Positions 38,400 through 51,840 are shown, counted from the first letter of the stretch. The stretch: 64,000 nt of DNA from Eledone cirrhosa (GCA_964016885.1 OZ024743.1:269886001-269950000); one strand, 5' to 3'. Translations and numbers: made by a program. The notes: generated by a model from the letters alone, not told the origin.

Positions 38400-41300
38400 G
38401 TGGTGTTAATGTTAGTGGTGTTGGTAGTAGTTTTTGATGTGGTGTTGATGTTAGTGGTGTTGGTAGTAGTGTTTGAGGTGGTGTTGACGTTAGTGGTGTT
38501 GGTAGTAGATTTTGATGTGGTGTTGATGTTCGTGGTGTTGGTAGTAGTGTTTGACGTGGTGTTGATGTTCGTGGTGTTGGTAGTAGTGTTTGACGTGGTG
38601 TTGATGTTAGTGGTGTTGGTAGTAGTGTTTTACGTGGTGTTGATGTTAGTGGTGTTGGTAGTAGTGTTTGACGTGGTGTTGATGTTAGCGGTGTTGGTAG
38701 TAGTGTTTGAGGTGGTGTTGATGTTAGAGGTGTTGGTAGTAGTGTTTGAAGTGCTGTTGATGTTAGTGGTGTTGGTAGTAGTGTTTGAGGAGGTGTTGAT
38801 GTTAGTGGTGTTGGTAGTAGTGTTTGAGGTGGTGTTGATGTTAGTGGTGTTGGTAGTAGTGTTTGAGGTGGTGTTGATCTTAGTGGTGTTGGTAGTAGTG
38901 TTTGAGGTGGTGTTGATGTTAGTGGTGTTGGTAGTAGTGTTTGAGGTGGTGTTGATGTTAGTGGTGTTGGTAGTAGTGTTTGAGGAGGTGTTGATGTTAG
39001 TGGTGTTGGTAGTAGTGTTTGAGGAGGTGTTGATGTTAGTGGTGTTGGTAGTAGTGTTTGAGGTGGTGTTGATGTTAGTGGTGTTGGTAGTAGTGTTTGA
39101 GGAGGTGTTGATGTTAGTGGTGTTGGTAGTAGTGTTTGAGGAGGTGTTGATGTTAGTGGTGTTGGTAGTAGTGTTTGAGGTGGTGTTGATGTTAGTGGTG
39201 TTGGTAGTAGTGTTTGAGGTGGTGTTGATCTTAGTGGTGTTGGTAGTAGTGTTTGGGGTGGTGTTGATGTTAGTGGTGTTGGGGGTAGTGTTTGAGGTGG
39301 TGTTGATGTTAGCGGTGTTGGTAGTAGTGTTTGAGGTGGTGTTGATGTTAGTGGTGTTGGTAGTAGTGTTTGAGGTGGTGTTGATGTTAGTGGTGTTGGT
39401 AGTAGTGTTTGAGGTGGTGTTGATGTTAGTGGTGTTGGTAGTAGTGTTTGAGGTGGTGTTGATGTTAGTGGTGTTGGTAGTAGTGTTTGAGGTGGTGTTG
39501 ATGTTAGTGGTGTTGGTAGTAGTGTTTGAGGTGGTGTTTATGTTAGTGGTGTTGGTAGTAGTGTTTGAGGTGGTCTTGATGTTAGTGGTGTTGGTAGTAG
39601 TGTTTGAGGTGGTGTTGATGTTAGTGGTGTTGGTAGTAGTGTTTGAGGTGGTGTTGATGTTAGTGGTGTTGGTAGTAGTGTTTGAGGTGGTGTTGATGTT
39701 AGTGGTGTTGGTAGTAGTGTTTGAGGTGCTGTTGATGTTAGTGGTGTTGGTAGTAGTGTTTGAGGTGGTGCTGATGTTAGCGGTGTTGGTAGTAGTGTTT
39801 GAGGTGGTGTTGATGTTAGTGGTGTTGGTAGTAGTGTTTGAGGTGGTGTTGGTGTTAGTGGTGTTGGTAGTAGTGTTTGAGGTGTTGTTGATGTTAGTGG
39901 TGTTGGTAGTAGTGTTTGAGGTGGTGTTGATGTTAGTGGTGTTGGTAGTAGTGTTTGAGGTGGTGTTGAAGTTAGTGGTGTTGGGGGTAGTGTTTGAGGT
40001 GGTCTTGATGTTAGTGGGGTTGGGGGTAGTGTTTGAAGTGGTGTTGATGTTAGTGGTGTTGGTAGTAGTGTTTGAGGTGGTGTTGATGTTAGTGGTGTTG
40101 GAAGTAGTGTTTGAGGTGGTGTTGGTGTTAGTGGTGTTGGTAGTAGTGTTTGAGGTGGTGTTGATGTTAGTGGTGTTGGTAGTAGTGTTTGAGGTGGTGC
40201 TGATGTTAGTGGTGTTGGTAGTAGTGTTTGAGGTGGTGTTGATGTTAGTGGTGTTGGTAGTAGTGTTTGAGGTGGTGCTGATGTTAGTGGTGTTGGTAGT
40301 AGTGTTTGAGGTGGTGTTAATGTTAGTGGTGTTGGTAGTAGTGTTTGAGGTGGTGCTGATGTTAGTGGTGTTGGTAGTAGTGTTTGAGGTGGTGTTAATG
40401 TTAGTGGTGTTGGTAGTAGTGTTTGAGGTGGTGTTGGTGTTAGTGGTGTTGGTAGTAGTGTTTGAGGTGGTGTTGATGTTAGTGGTGTTGGTAGTAGTGT
40501 TTGAGGTGGTGCTGATGTTAGTGGTGTTGGTAGTAGTGTTTGAGGTGGTGTTGATGTTAGTGGTGTTGGTAGTAGTGTTTGAGGTGGTGCTGATGTTAGT
40601 GGTGTTGGTAGTAGTGTTTGAGGTGGTGTTGATGTTAGTGGGGTTGGGGGTAGTGTTTGAAGTGGTGTTGATGTTAGTGGTGTTGGTAGTAGTGTTTGAG
40701 GTGGTGGTGGTGTTAGTGGTGTTGGTAGTAGTGTTTGAGGAGGTGTTGGTGTTAGTGGTGTTGGTAGTAGTGTTTGAGGTGGTGTTGATATTAGTGGTGT
40801 TGGTTGTAGTGTCTGAGGTGGTGTTGATGTTAGTGGTGTTGGTAGTAGTGTTTGAGGTGGTGTTGATGTTAGTGGTGTTGGTAGTAGTGTTTGAGGTGGT
40901 GTTGATGTTAGTGGTGTTGGTAGTAGTGTTTGAGGTGGTGTTGATGTTAGTGGTGTTTGTAGTAGTGTTTGATGTGGTGTTGATGTTAGTGGTGTTGGTA
41001 GTAGTGTTTGAGGTGGTGTTGATGTTAGTGGTGTTGGTAGTTGTGTGTGAGGTGGTGTTGATGTTAGTGGTGTTGGTAGTAGTGTTTGAGGTGGTGTTGA
41101 TGTTAGTGGTGTTGGTAGTAGTGTTTGAGGTGGTGTTGATGTTAGTGGTGTTGGTAGTAGTGTTTGAGGTGGTGTTGATGTTAGTGGTGTTGGTAGTAGT
41201 GTTTGAGGTGGTGTTGGTAGTAGTGTTTGAGGTGGTGTTGGTGTTAGTGGTGTTGGTAGTAGTGTTTGAGGTGGTGTTGATGTTAGTGGTGTTGGTAGTA

Positions 41301-44300
41301 GTGTTTGAGGAGGTGTTGATGTTAGTGGTGTTGGGGGTAGTGTGTGAGGTGGTGTTGATGTTAGTGGTGTTGGTAGTAGTGTTTGAGGTGGTGTTGATGT
41401 TAGTGGTGTTGGTAGTTGTGTGTGAGGTGGTGTTGATGTTAGTGGTGTTGGTAGTAGTGTCTGAGGTGGTGTTGATGTTAGTGGTGTTGGTAGTTGTGTG
41501 TGAGGTGGTGTTGATGTTAGTGGTGTTGGTAGTAGTGTTTGAGGTGGTGTTGATGTTAGTGGTGTTGGTAGTAGTGTTTGAGGTGGTGTTGATGTTAGTG
41601 GTGTTGGTAGTAGTGTTTGAGGTGGTGTTGATGTTAGTGGTGTTGGTAGTAGTGTTTGAGGTGGTGTTGATGTTAGTGGTGTTGGTAGTTGTGTGTGAGG
41701 TGGTGTTGATGTTAGTGGTGTTGGTAGTAGTGTTTGAGGTGGTGTTGATGTTAGTGGTGTTGGTAGTAGTGTTTGAGGTGGTGTTGATGTTAGTGGTGTT
41801 GGTAGTAGTGTTTGAGGTGGTGTTGGTGTTAGTGGTGTTGGTAGTAGTGTTTGAGGTGGTGTTGGTGTTAGTGGTGTTGGTAGTAGTGTTTGAGGTGGTG
41901 TTGGTGTTAGTGGTGTTGGTAGTAGTGTTTGAGGTGGTGTTGATGTTAGTGGTGTTGGTAGTAGTGTTTGAGGTGGTGTTGATGTTAGTGGTGTTGGTAG
42001 TAGTGTTTGAGGTGGTGTTGATGTTAGTGGTGTTGGTAGTAGTGTTTGAGGGAGTGTTGGTGTTAGTGGTGTTGGTAGTAGTGTTTGAGGTGGTGTTGAT
42101 GTTAGTGGTGTTGGTAGTAGCGTTTGAGGTGGTGTTGATGTTAGTGGTGTTGGTAGTAGTGTTTGAGGTGGTGTTGATGTTAGTGGTGTTGGTAGTAGTG
42201 TTTGACGTGGTGTTGATGTTAGTGGTGTTGGTACTAGTGTTTGAGGTGGTGTTGATGTTAGCGGTGTTGGTAGTAGTGTTTGAGGTGGTGTTGATGTTAG
42301 TGGTGTTGGTAGTAGTGTTTGAGGTGGTGTTGATGTTAGTGGTGTTGGTAGTAGTGTTTGAAGTGGTGTTGATGTTAGTGGTGTTGGTAGTAGTGTTTGA
42401 GGTGGTGTTGATGTTAGTGGTGTTGGTAGTAGTGTTTGAGGTGGTGTTGATGTTAGTGGTGTTGGTAGTAGTGTTTGAGGTGGTGTTGATGTTAGCGGTG
42501 TTGGTAGTAGTGTTTGAGGTGGTGTTGATGTTAGTGGTGTTGGTAGTAGTGTTTGAGGTGGTGTTGATGTTAGTGGTGTTGGTAGTAGTGTTTGAGGTGG
42601 TGTTGATGTTTGTGGTGTTGGTAGTAGTGTTTGAGGTGGTGTTGATGTTAGTGGTGTTGGTAGTAGTGTTTGAGGTGGTGTTGATGTTAGTGGGGTTGGG
42701 GGTAGTGTTTGAAGTGGTGTTGATGTTAGTGGTGTTGGTAGTAGTGTTTGAGGTGGTGTTGATGTTAGTGGTGTTGGTAGTAGTGTTTGAGGTGGTGTTG
42801 ATGTTAGTGGTGTTGGTAGTAGTGTTTGAGGTGGTGTTGATGTTAGTGGTGTTGGTAGTAGTGTTTGAGGAGGTGTTGATGTTAGTGGTGTTGGTAGTAG
42901 TGTTTGAGGTGGTGTTGGTGTTAGTGGTGTTGGTAGTAGTGTTTGAGGTGGTGTTGGTGTTAGTGGTGTTGGTAGTAGTGTTTGAGGTGGTTTTGATGTT
43001 AGCGGTGTTGGTAGTAGTGTTTGAGGTGGTGTTGATGTTAGCGGTGTTGGTAGTAGTGTTTGACGTGGTGTTGATGTTAGTGGTGTTGGTAGTAGTGTTT
43101 GAGGTGGTGTTGATGTTAGTGGTGTTGGTAGTAGTGTTTGAGGTGGTGTTGATGTTAGTGGTGTTGGTAGTAGTGTTTGAGGTGGTGTTGATGTTAGTGG
43201 TGTTGGTAGTAGTGTTTGAGGTGGTGTTGATGTTAGTGGTGTTGGTAGTAGTGTTTGAGATGGTGTTGATGTTAGTGGTGTTGGTAGTAGTGTTTGAGGT
43301 GGTGTTGATGTTAGTGGTGTTGGTAGTAGTGTTTGAGGTGGTGTTGATGTTAGTGGTGTTGGTAGTAGTGTTTGAGGTGGTGTTGATGTTAGTGGTGTTG
43401 GTAGTAGTGTTTGACGTGGTGTTGATGTTAGTGGTGTTGGTAGTAGTGTTTGAGGTGGTGTTGATGTTAGTGGTGTTGGTAGTAGTGTTTGAGGTGGTGT
43501 TGATGTTAGTGGTGTTGGTAGTAGTGTTTGAGGAGGTGTTGATGTTAGTGGTGTTGGGGTAGTGGTGTTGGTAGTAGTGTTTGAGGTGGTGTTGATGTTA
43601 GTGGTGTTGGTAGTAGTGTTTGAGATGGTGTTGATGTTAGTGGTGTTGGTAGTAGTGTTTGAGGTGGTGTTGATGTTAGTGGTGTTGGTAGTAGTGTTTG
43701 AGGTGGTGTTGATGTTAGTGGTGTTGGTAGTAGTGTTTGAGATGGTGTTGATGTTAGTGGTGTTGGTAGTAGTGTTTGAGGTGGTGTTGATGTTAGTGGT
43801 GTTGGTAGTAGTGTTTGAGGTGGTGGTGGTGTTAGTGGTGTTGGTAGTAGTGTTTGAGGTGGTGTTGATGTTAGTGGTGTTGGTAGTAGTGTTTGACGTG
43901 GTGTTGATGTTAGTGGTGTTGGTAGTAGTGTTTGAGGTGGTGTTGGTGTTAGTGGTGTTGGTAGTAGTGTTTGAGGTGGTGTTGGTGTTTGTGGTGTTGG
44001 TAGTAGTGTTTGACGTGGTGTTGATGTTAGTGGTGTTGGTAGTAGTGTTTGACGTGGTGTTGATGTTAGTGGTGTTGGTAGTAGTGTTTGAGGTGGTGTT
44101 GGTGTTAGTGGTGTTGGTAGTAGTGTTTGAGGTGGTGTTGATGTTAGTAGTGTTTGAGGTGGTGTTGGTGTTAGTGGTGTTGGTAGTAGTGTTTGAGGTG
44201 GTGTTGATGTTAGTAGTGTTGGTAGTAGTGTTTGAGGTGGTGTTGATGTTAGTGGTGTTGGTAGCAGTGTTTGAGGTGGTGTTGATGTTAGTGGTGTTGG

Positions 44301-47300
44301 TAGTAGTGTTTGGGGTGGTGTTGATGTTAGTGGTGTTGGTAGTAGTGTTTGAGGTGGTGTTGATGTTAGTGGTGTTGGTAGTAGTGTTTGAGGTGGTGTT
44401 GGTGTTTGTGGTGTTAGTAGTAGTGTTTGAGGTGGTGTTGATGTTAGTGGTGTTGGTAGTATTGTTTGAGGTGGTGTTGGTGTTAGTGGTGTTGGTAGTA
44501 GTGTTTGAGGTGGTGTTGATGTTAGTGGTGTTGGTAGTAGTGTTTGAGGTGGTGTTGATGTTAGTGGTGTTGGTAGTAGTGTTTGAGTTGGTGTTGATGT
44601 TAGTGGAGTTGGTAGTAGTGTTTGAGGTGGTGTTGATGTTAGTGGTGTTGGTAGTAGTGTTTGAGGTGGTGTTGATGTTAGTGGTGTTGGTAGTAGTTTT
44701 TGAGGTGGTGTTGATGTTAGTGGTATTGGTAGTAGTGTTTGACGTGGTGTTGATGTTAGTGGTGTTGGTAGTAGTGTTTGAGGTGGTGTTGATGTTAGTG
44801 GTGTTGGTAGTAGTTTTTGAGGTGGTGTTGATGTTAGTGGTGTTGGTAGTAGTGTTTGAGGTGGTGTTGATGTTAGTGGTGTTGGTAGTAGTGTTTGAGG
44901 TGGTGTTGATGTTAGTGGTATTGGTAGTAGTGTTTGAGGTGGTGTTGATGTTAGTGGTGTTGGTAGTAGTGTTTGAGGTGGTGCTGATGTTAGTGGTGTT
45001 GGTAGTAGTGTTTGAGGTGGTGTTGATGTTAGTGGGGTTGGAGGTAGTGTTTGAAGTGGTGTTGATGTTAGTGGTGTTGGTAGTAGTGTTTGAGGTGGTG
45101 GTGGTGTTAGTAGTGTTGGTAGTAGTGTTTGAGGAGGTGTTGGTGTTAGTGGTGTTGGTAGTAGTGTTTGAGGTGGTGTTGATATTAGTGGTGTTGGTTG
45201 TAGTGTCTGAGGTGGTGTTGATGTTAGTGGTGTTGGTAGTAGTGTTTGAGGTGGTGTTGATGTTAGTGGTGTTGGTAGTAGTGTTTGAGGTGGTGTTGAT
45301 GTTAGTGGTGTTGGTAGTAGTGTTTGAGGTGGTGTTGATGTTAGTGGTGTTTGTAGTAGTGTTTGATGTGGTGTTGATGTTAGTGGTGTTGGTAGTAGTG
45401 TTTGAGGTGGTGTTGATGTTAGTGGTGTTGGTAGTTGTGTGTGAGGTGGTGTTGATGTTAGTGGTGTTGGTAGTAGTGTTTGAGGTGGTGTTGATGTTAG
45501 TGGTGTTGGTAGTGGTGTTTGAGGTGGTGTTGATGTTAGTGGTGTTGGTAGTAGTGTTTGAGGTGGTGTTGATGTTATTGGTGTTGGTAGTAGTGTTTGA
45601 GGTGGTGTTGATGTTAGTGGTGTTGGTAGTAGTGTTTGATGTGGTGTTGGTGTTAGTGGTGTTGGTAGTAGTGTTTGAGGTGGTGTTGGTGTTAGTGGTG
45701 TTGGTAGTAGTGTTTGAGGTGGTGTTGGTGTTAGTGGTGTTGGTAGTAGTGTTTGAGGTGGTGTTGATGTTAGTGGTGTTGGTAGTAGTGTTTGAGGTGG
45801 TGTTGGTGTTAGTGGTGTTGGTAGTAGTGTTTGAGGTGGTGTTGGTGTTAGTGGTGTTGGTAGTAGTGTTTGAGGTGGTGTTGGTGTTAGTGGTGTTGGT
45901 AGTAGTGTTTGAGGTGGTGTTGATGTTAGTGGTATTGGTAGTAGTGTTTGAGGTGGTGTTGATGTTAGTGGTGTTGGTAGTAGTGTTTGAGGTGGTGTTG
46001 ATGTTAGTGGTGTTGGTAGTAGTGTTTGAGGTAGTGTTGGTGTTAGTGGTGTTGGTAGTAGTGTTTGAGGTGGTGTTGATGTTAGTGGTGTTGGTAGTAG
46101 CGTTTGAGGTGGTGTTGATGTTAGTGGTGTTGGTAGTAGTGTTTGAGGTGGTGTTGATGTTAGTGGTGTTGGTAGTAGTGTTTGACGTGGTGTTGATGTT
46201 AGTGGTGTTGGTAGTAGTGTTTGAGGTGGTGTTGATGTTAGCGGTGTTGGTAGTAGTGTTTGAGGTGGTGTTGATATTAGTGGTGTTGGTAGTAGTGTTT
46301 GAGGTGGTGTTGATGTTAGTGGTGTTGGTAGTAGTGTTTGAGGTGGTGTTGATGTTAGTGGTGTTGGTAGTAGTGTTTGAGGTGGTGTTGGTAGTAGTGT
46401 TTGAGGTGGTGTTGATGTTAGTGGTGTTGGTAGTAGTGTTTGAGGTGGTGTTGATGTTAGTGGTGTTGGTAGTAGTGTTTGAGGTGGTGTTGATGTTAGC
46501 GGTGTTGGTAGTAGTGTTTGAGGTGGTGTTGATGTTAGTGGTGTTGGTAGTAGTGTTTGAGGTGGTGTTGATGTTAGTGGTGTTGGTAGTAGTGTTTGAG
46601 GTGGTGTTGATGTTTGTGGTGTTGGTAGTAGTGTTTGAGCTGGTGTTGATGTTAGTGGTGTTGGTAGTAGTGTTTGAGGTGGTGTTGATGTTAATGGGGT
46701 TGGGGGTAGTGTTTGAAGTGGTGTTGATGTTAGTGGTGTTGGTAGTAGTGTTTGAGGTGGTGTTGATGTTAGTGGTGTTGGTAGTAGTGTTTGAGGTGGT
46801 GTTGATGTTAGTGGTGTTGGTAGTAGTGTTTGAGGTGGTGTTGATGTTAGTGGTGTTGGTAGTAGTGTTTGAGGAGGTGTTGATGTTAGTGGTGTTGGTA
46901 GTAGTGTTTGAGGTGGTGTTGGTGTTAGTGGTGTTGGTAGTAGTGTTTGAGGTGGTGTTGGTGTTAGTGGTGTTGGTAGTAGTGTTTGAGATGGTTTTGA
47001 TGTTAGTGGTGTTGGTAGTAGTGTTTGAGGTGGTGTTGATGTTAGTGGTGTTGGTAGTAGTGTTTGAGGTGGTGTTGATGTTAGTGGTGTTGGTAGTAGT
47101 GTTTGACGTGGTGTTGATGTTAGTGGTGTTGGTAGTAGTGTTTGAGGTCGTGTTGGTGTTAGTGGTGTTGGTAGTAGTGTTTGAGGTGGTGTTGGTGTTA
47201 GTGGTGTTGGTAGTAGTGTTTGACGTGGTGTTGATGTTAGTGGTGTTGGTAGTAGTGTTTGACGTGGTGTTGATGTTAGTGGTGTTGGTAGTAGTGTTTG

Positions 47301-50300
47301 AGGTGGTGTTGGTGTTAGTGGTGTTGGTAGTAGTGTTTGAGGTGGTGTTGATGTTAGTAGTGTTGGTAGTAGTGTTTGAGGTGGTGTTGGTGTTAGTGGT
47401 GTTGGTAGTAGTGTTTGAGGTGGTGTTGATGTTAGTAGTGTTGGTAGTAGTGTTTGAGGTGGTGTTGATGTTAGTGGTGTTGGTAGCAGTGTTTCAGGTG
47501 GTGTTGATGTTAGTGGTGTTGGTAGTAGTGTTTGAGGTGGTGTTGATGTTAGTGGTGTTGGTAGTAGTGTTTGAGGTGGTGTTGATGTTAGTGGTGTTGG
47601 TAGTAGTGTTTGAGGTGGTGTTGGTGTTTGTGGTGTTGGTAGTAGTGTTTGAGGTGGTGTTGATGTTAGTGGTGTTGGTAGTATTGTTTGAGGTGGTGTT
47701 GGTGTTAGTGGTGTTGGTAGTAGTGTTTGAGGTGGTGTTGATGTTAGTGGTGTTGGTAGTAGTGTTTGAGGTGGTGTTGATGTTAGTGGTGTTGGTAGTA
47801 GTGTTTGAGTTGGTGTTGATGTTAGTGGTGTTGGTAGTAGTGTTTGAGGTGGTGTTGATGTTAGTGGTGTTGGTAGTAGTGTTTGAGGTGGTGTTGATAT
47901 TAGTGGTATTGGTAGTAGTGTTTGAGGTGGTGTTGATGTTAGTGGTGTTGGTAGTAGTTTTTGAGGTGGTGTTGATGTTAGTGGTGTTGGTAGTAGTGTT
48001 TGACGTGGTGTTGATGTTAGTGGTGTTGGTATTAGTGTTTGAGGTGGTGTTGATGTTAGAGGTGTTGGTAGTAGTGTTTGAGGTGGTGTTGATGTTAGTG
48101 GTGTTGGTAGTAGTGTTTGAGGTGGTGTTGATGTTAGTGGTGTTGGTAGTAGTGTTTGACGCGGTGTTGATGTTAGTGGTGTTGGTATTAGTGTTTGAGG
48201 TGGTGTTGATGTTAGTGGTGTTGGTAGTAGTGTTTGAGGTGGTGTTGGTGTTAGTGGTGTTGGTAGTAGTGTTTGACGTGGTGTTGATGTTAGTGGTGTT
48301 GGTATTAGTGTTTGAGGTGGTGTTGATGTTAGTGGTGTTGGTAGTAGTGTTTGAGGTGGTGTTGGTGTTAGTGGTGTTGGTAGTAGTGTTTGAGGCGGTG
48401 TTGGGGGTAGTGTTTGAGGTGGTGTTGGTGTTAGTGGTGTTGGTAGTAGTGTTTGAGGTGGTGTTGATGTTAGTGGTGTTGGTAGTAGTGTTTGAGGTGG
48501 TGTTGATGTTAGTGGTGTTGGGGGTAGTGTTTGAGGTGGTGTTGATGTTAGTGGTGTTGGTAGTAGTTTTTGAGGTGGTGTTGATGTTAGTGGTGTTGGT
48601 AGTAGTGTTTGAGGTGGTGTTGATGTTAGTGGTGTTGGTAGTAGTGGTTGAGGTGGTGTTGATGTTAGTGGTGTTGGTAGCAGTGTTTGAGGTGGTGTTG
48701 ATGTTAGTGGTGTTGGTAGTAGTGTTTGAGGTGGTGTTGATGTCAGTGGTGTTGGTAGTAGTGTTTGAGTTGGTGTTGATGTTAGTGGTGTTGGTAGTAG
48801 TGTTTGAGGTGGTGTTGATGTTAGTGGTGTTGGTAGTAGTGTTTGAGGTGGTGTTGATGTTAGTGGTGTTGGTAGTAGTGTTTGACGTGGTGTTGATGTT
48901 AGTGGTGTTGGTAGTAGTGTTTGAGGTGGTGTTGATGTTAGTGGTGTTGGTAGTAGTTTTTGAGGTGGTGTTGATGTTAGTGGTGTTGGTAGTAGTGTTT
49001 GAGGTGGTGTTGATGTTAGTGGTGTTGGTAGTAGTGTTTGAGGTGGTGTTGATGTTAGTGGTGTTGGTAGTAGTGTTTGAGGTGGTGTGGATGTTAGTGG
49101 TGTTGGTAGTAGTGTTTGAGGTGGTGCTGATGTTAGTGGTGTTGGTAGTAGTGTTTGAGGTGGTGTTGTTGTTAGTGGGGTTGGGGGTAGTGTTTGAAGT
49201 GGTGTTGATGTTAGTGGTGTTGGTAGTAGTGTTTGAGGTGGTGGTGGTGTTAGTGGTGTTGGTAGTAGTGTTTGAGGAGGTGTTGGTGTTAGTGGTGTTG
49301 GTAGTAGTGTTTGAGGTGGTGTTGATATTAGTGGTGTTGGTTGTAGTGTTTGAGGTGGTGTTGATGTTAGTGGTGTTGGTAGTTGTGTGTGAGGTGGTGT
49401 TGATGTTAGTGGTGTTGGTAGTAGTGTTTGAGGTGGTGTTGATGTTAGTGGTGTTGGTAGTAGTGTTTGAGGTGGTGTTGATGTTAGTGGTGTTGGTAGT
49501 AGTGTTTGAGGTGGTGTTGATGTTAGTGGTGTTGGTAGTAGTGTTTGAGGTGGAGTTGGTGTTAGTGGTGTTGGTAGTAGTGTTTGAGGTGGTGTTGGTG
49601 TTAGTGGTGTTGGTAGTAGTGTTTGAGGTGGTGTTGGTGTTAGTGGTGTTGGTAGTAGTGTTTGAGGTGGTGTTGATGTTAGTGGTGTTGGTAGTAGTGT
49701 TTGAGGTGGTGTTGATGTTAGTGGTGTTGGTAGTAGTGTTTGAGGTGGTGTTGATGTTAGTGGTGTTGGTAGTAGTGTTTGAGGTAGTGTTGGTGTTAGT
49801 GGTGTTGGTAGTAGTGTTTGAGGTGGTGTTGATGTTAGTGGTGTTGGTAGTAGCGTTTGAGGTGGTGTTGATGTTAGTGGTGTTGGTAGTAGTGTTTGAG
49901 GTGGTGTTGATGTTAGTGGTGTTGGTAGTAGTGTTTGACGTGGTGTTGATGTTAGTGGTGTTGGTAGTAGTGTTTGGGGTGGTGTTGATGTTAGCGGTGT
50001 TGGTAGTAGTGTTTGAGGTGGTGTTGATGTTAGCGGTGTTGGTAGTAGTGTTTGAGGTGGTGTTGATGTTAGTGGTGTTGGTAGTAGTGTTTGATGTGGT
50101 GTTGATGTTAGTGGTGTTGGTAGTAGTGTTTGAAGTGGTGTTGATGTTAGTGGTGTTGGTAGTAGTGTTTGAGGTGGTGTTGATGTTAGTGGTGTTGGTA
50201 GTAGTGTTTGAGGTGGTGTTGATGTTAGTGGTGTTGGTAGTAGTGTTTGAGGTGGTGTTGATGTTAGCGGTGTTGGTAGTAGTGTTTGAGGTGGTGTTGA

Positions 50301-50740
50301 TGTTAGTGGTGTTGGTAGTAGTGTTTGAGGTGGTGTTGATGTTAGTGGTGTTGGTAGTAGTGTTTGAGGTGGTGTTGATGTTTGTGGTGTTGGTAGTAGT
50401 GTTTGAGGTGGTGTTGATGTTAGTGGTGTTGGTAGTAGTGTTTGAGGTGGTGTTGATGTTAGTGGGGTTGGGGGTAGTGTTTGAAGTGGTGTTGATGTTA
50501 GTGGTGTTGGTAGTAGTGTTTGAGGTGGTGTTGATGTTAGTGGTGTTGGTAGTAGTGTTTGAGGTGGTGTTGATGTTAGTGGTGTTGGTAGTAGTGTTTG
50601 AGGTGGTGTTGATGTTAGTGGTGTTGGTAGTAGTGTTTGAGGTGGTGTTGATGTTAGTGGTGTTGGTAGTAGTGTTTGAGGTGGTGTTGATGTTAGTGGT
50701 GTTGGTAGTAGTGTTTGAGGTGGTGTTGATGTTAGTGGTA
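38400..50740. repeat. Array domain 2: frameshift-poor region with about three diverged 3.7-4.4 kb copies
   Basis: Only one frameshift (about 43555) lies between 37180 and 50745. The marker GTAGCGTTT has its C at 42121, 46101 and 49854. GTGGTGGTGGTGTTA followed by GAGGAG and ATA..GTT units occurs at about 40700, 45100 and 49240. GTTGTGTGTGAG variants are private to this domain. Confidence 0.75.
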
Positions 50741-50743
50741 TTC
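43562..50743 (-). other. Start-less open frame encoding (PTPLTSTPPQTLL)n, about 2,390 codons; coding status unsupported
   Basis: Second open minus frame of the consensus (CCA ACA CCA CTA ACA TCA ACA CCA CCT CAA ACA CTA CTA). I saw no stop between the frameshifts at about 50745 and 43555. Openness is expected from the unit sequence alone. Confidence 0.12.
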
Positions 50744-50999
50744 GGGTAGTGTTTGGAGTGGTGTTGATGTTAGTGGTGTTGGTAGTAGTGTTTGAGGTGG
50801 TGTTGATGTTAGTGGTGTTGGTAGTAGTGTTTGAGGTGGAGTTGATGTTAGTGGTGTTGGTAGTAGTGTTTGAGGAGGTGTTGATTTTAGTGGTGCTGGT
50901 AGTAGTGTTTGAGGTGGTGTTGATGTTAGTGGTGTTGGTAGTAGTGTTTGAGGTGGTGTTGATGTTAGCGGTGTTGGTAGTAGTGTTTGAGGTGGTGTT

Positions 51000-51840
51000 G
51001 GTGTTAGTGGTATTGGGGTAGTGTTTGGAGTGGTGTTGATGTTAGTGGTGTTGGTAGTAGTGTTTGAGGTGGTGTTGGTGTTAGTGATGTTGGTAGTAGT
51101 GTTTGAGGTGGTGTTGATGTTAGTGGTATTGGGGTAGTGTTTGGAGTGGTGTTGATGTTAGTGGTGTTGGTAGTAGTGTTTGAGGTGGTGTTGATGTTAG
51201 TGGTGTTGGTAGTAGTGTTTGAGGTGGTGTTGATGTTAGTGGTGTTGGTAGTAGTGTTTGAGGTGGTGTTGATGTTAGTGGTGTTGGTAGTAGTGTTTGA
51301 GGTGGTGTTGATGTTAGTGGTGTTGGTAGTAGTGTTTGAGGTGGTGTTGATGTTAGTGGTATTCGGGTAGTGTTTGGAGTGGTGTTGATGTTAGTGGTGT
51401 TGGTAGTAGTGTTTGAGGTGGTGTTGATGTTAGTGATGTTGGTAGTAGTGTTTGAGGTGGTGTTGATGTTAGTGGTATTGGGGTAGTGTTTGGAGTGGTG
51501 TTGATGTTAGTGGTGTTGGTAGTAGTGTTTGAGGTGGTGTTGATGTTAGTGGTGTTGGTAGTAGTGTTTGAGGTGGTGTTGATGTTAGTGGTGTTGGTAG
51601 TAGTGTTTGAGGTGGTGTTGATGTTAGTGGTGTTGGTAGTAGTGTTTGAGGTGGTGTTGATGTTAGTGGTGTTGGTAGTAGTGTTTGAGGTGGTGTTGAT
51701 GTTAGTGGTATTCGGGTAGTGTTTGGAGTGGTGTTGATGTTAGTGGTGTTGGTAGTAGTGTTTGAGGTGGTGTTGATGTTAGTGGTGTTGGTAGTAGTGT
51801 TTGAGGTGGTGTTGATGTTAGTGGTGTTGGTAGTAGTGTT
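51000..51840. repeat. Short higher-order repeat, period 349 bp (9 units minus 2 bp)
   Basis: ORF boundaries 51021, 51370 and 51719, and also 51137 and 51486, are spaced 349 apart. Two identical 77-aa ORF translations result. Confidence 0.85.

Larger units (their letters stand above)
1..38400. repeat. Array domain 1: mosaic of recently duplicated multi-kb modules
   Basis: Recurrent marker units: GGTCTGAG (ends at 5028, 6236, 10173, 12862, 13759, 16526, 20306, 25878, 36309, 37790), GTAGAGTTT, TTTAAC/TTTAAT, ATGATAGTG, and the GGGAGTA..GAGTTG..TTGGGGTAG cassette. I did not see these markers after about 38.4 kb. Confidence 0.8.
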
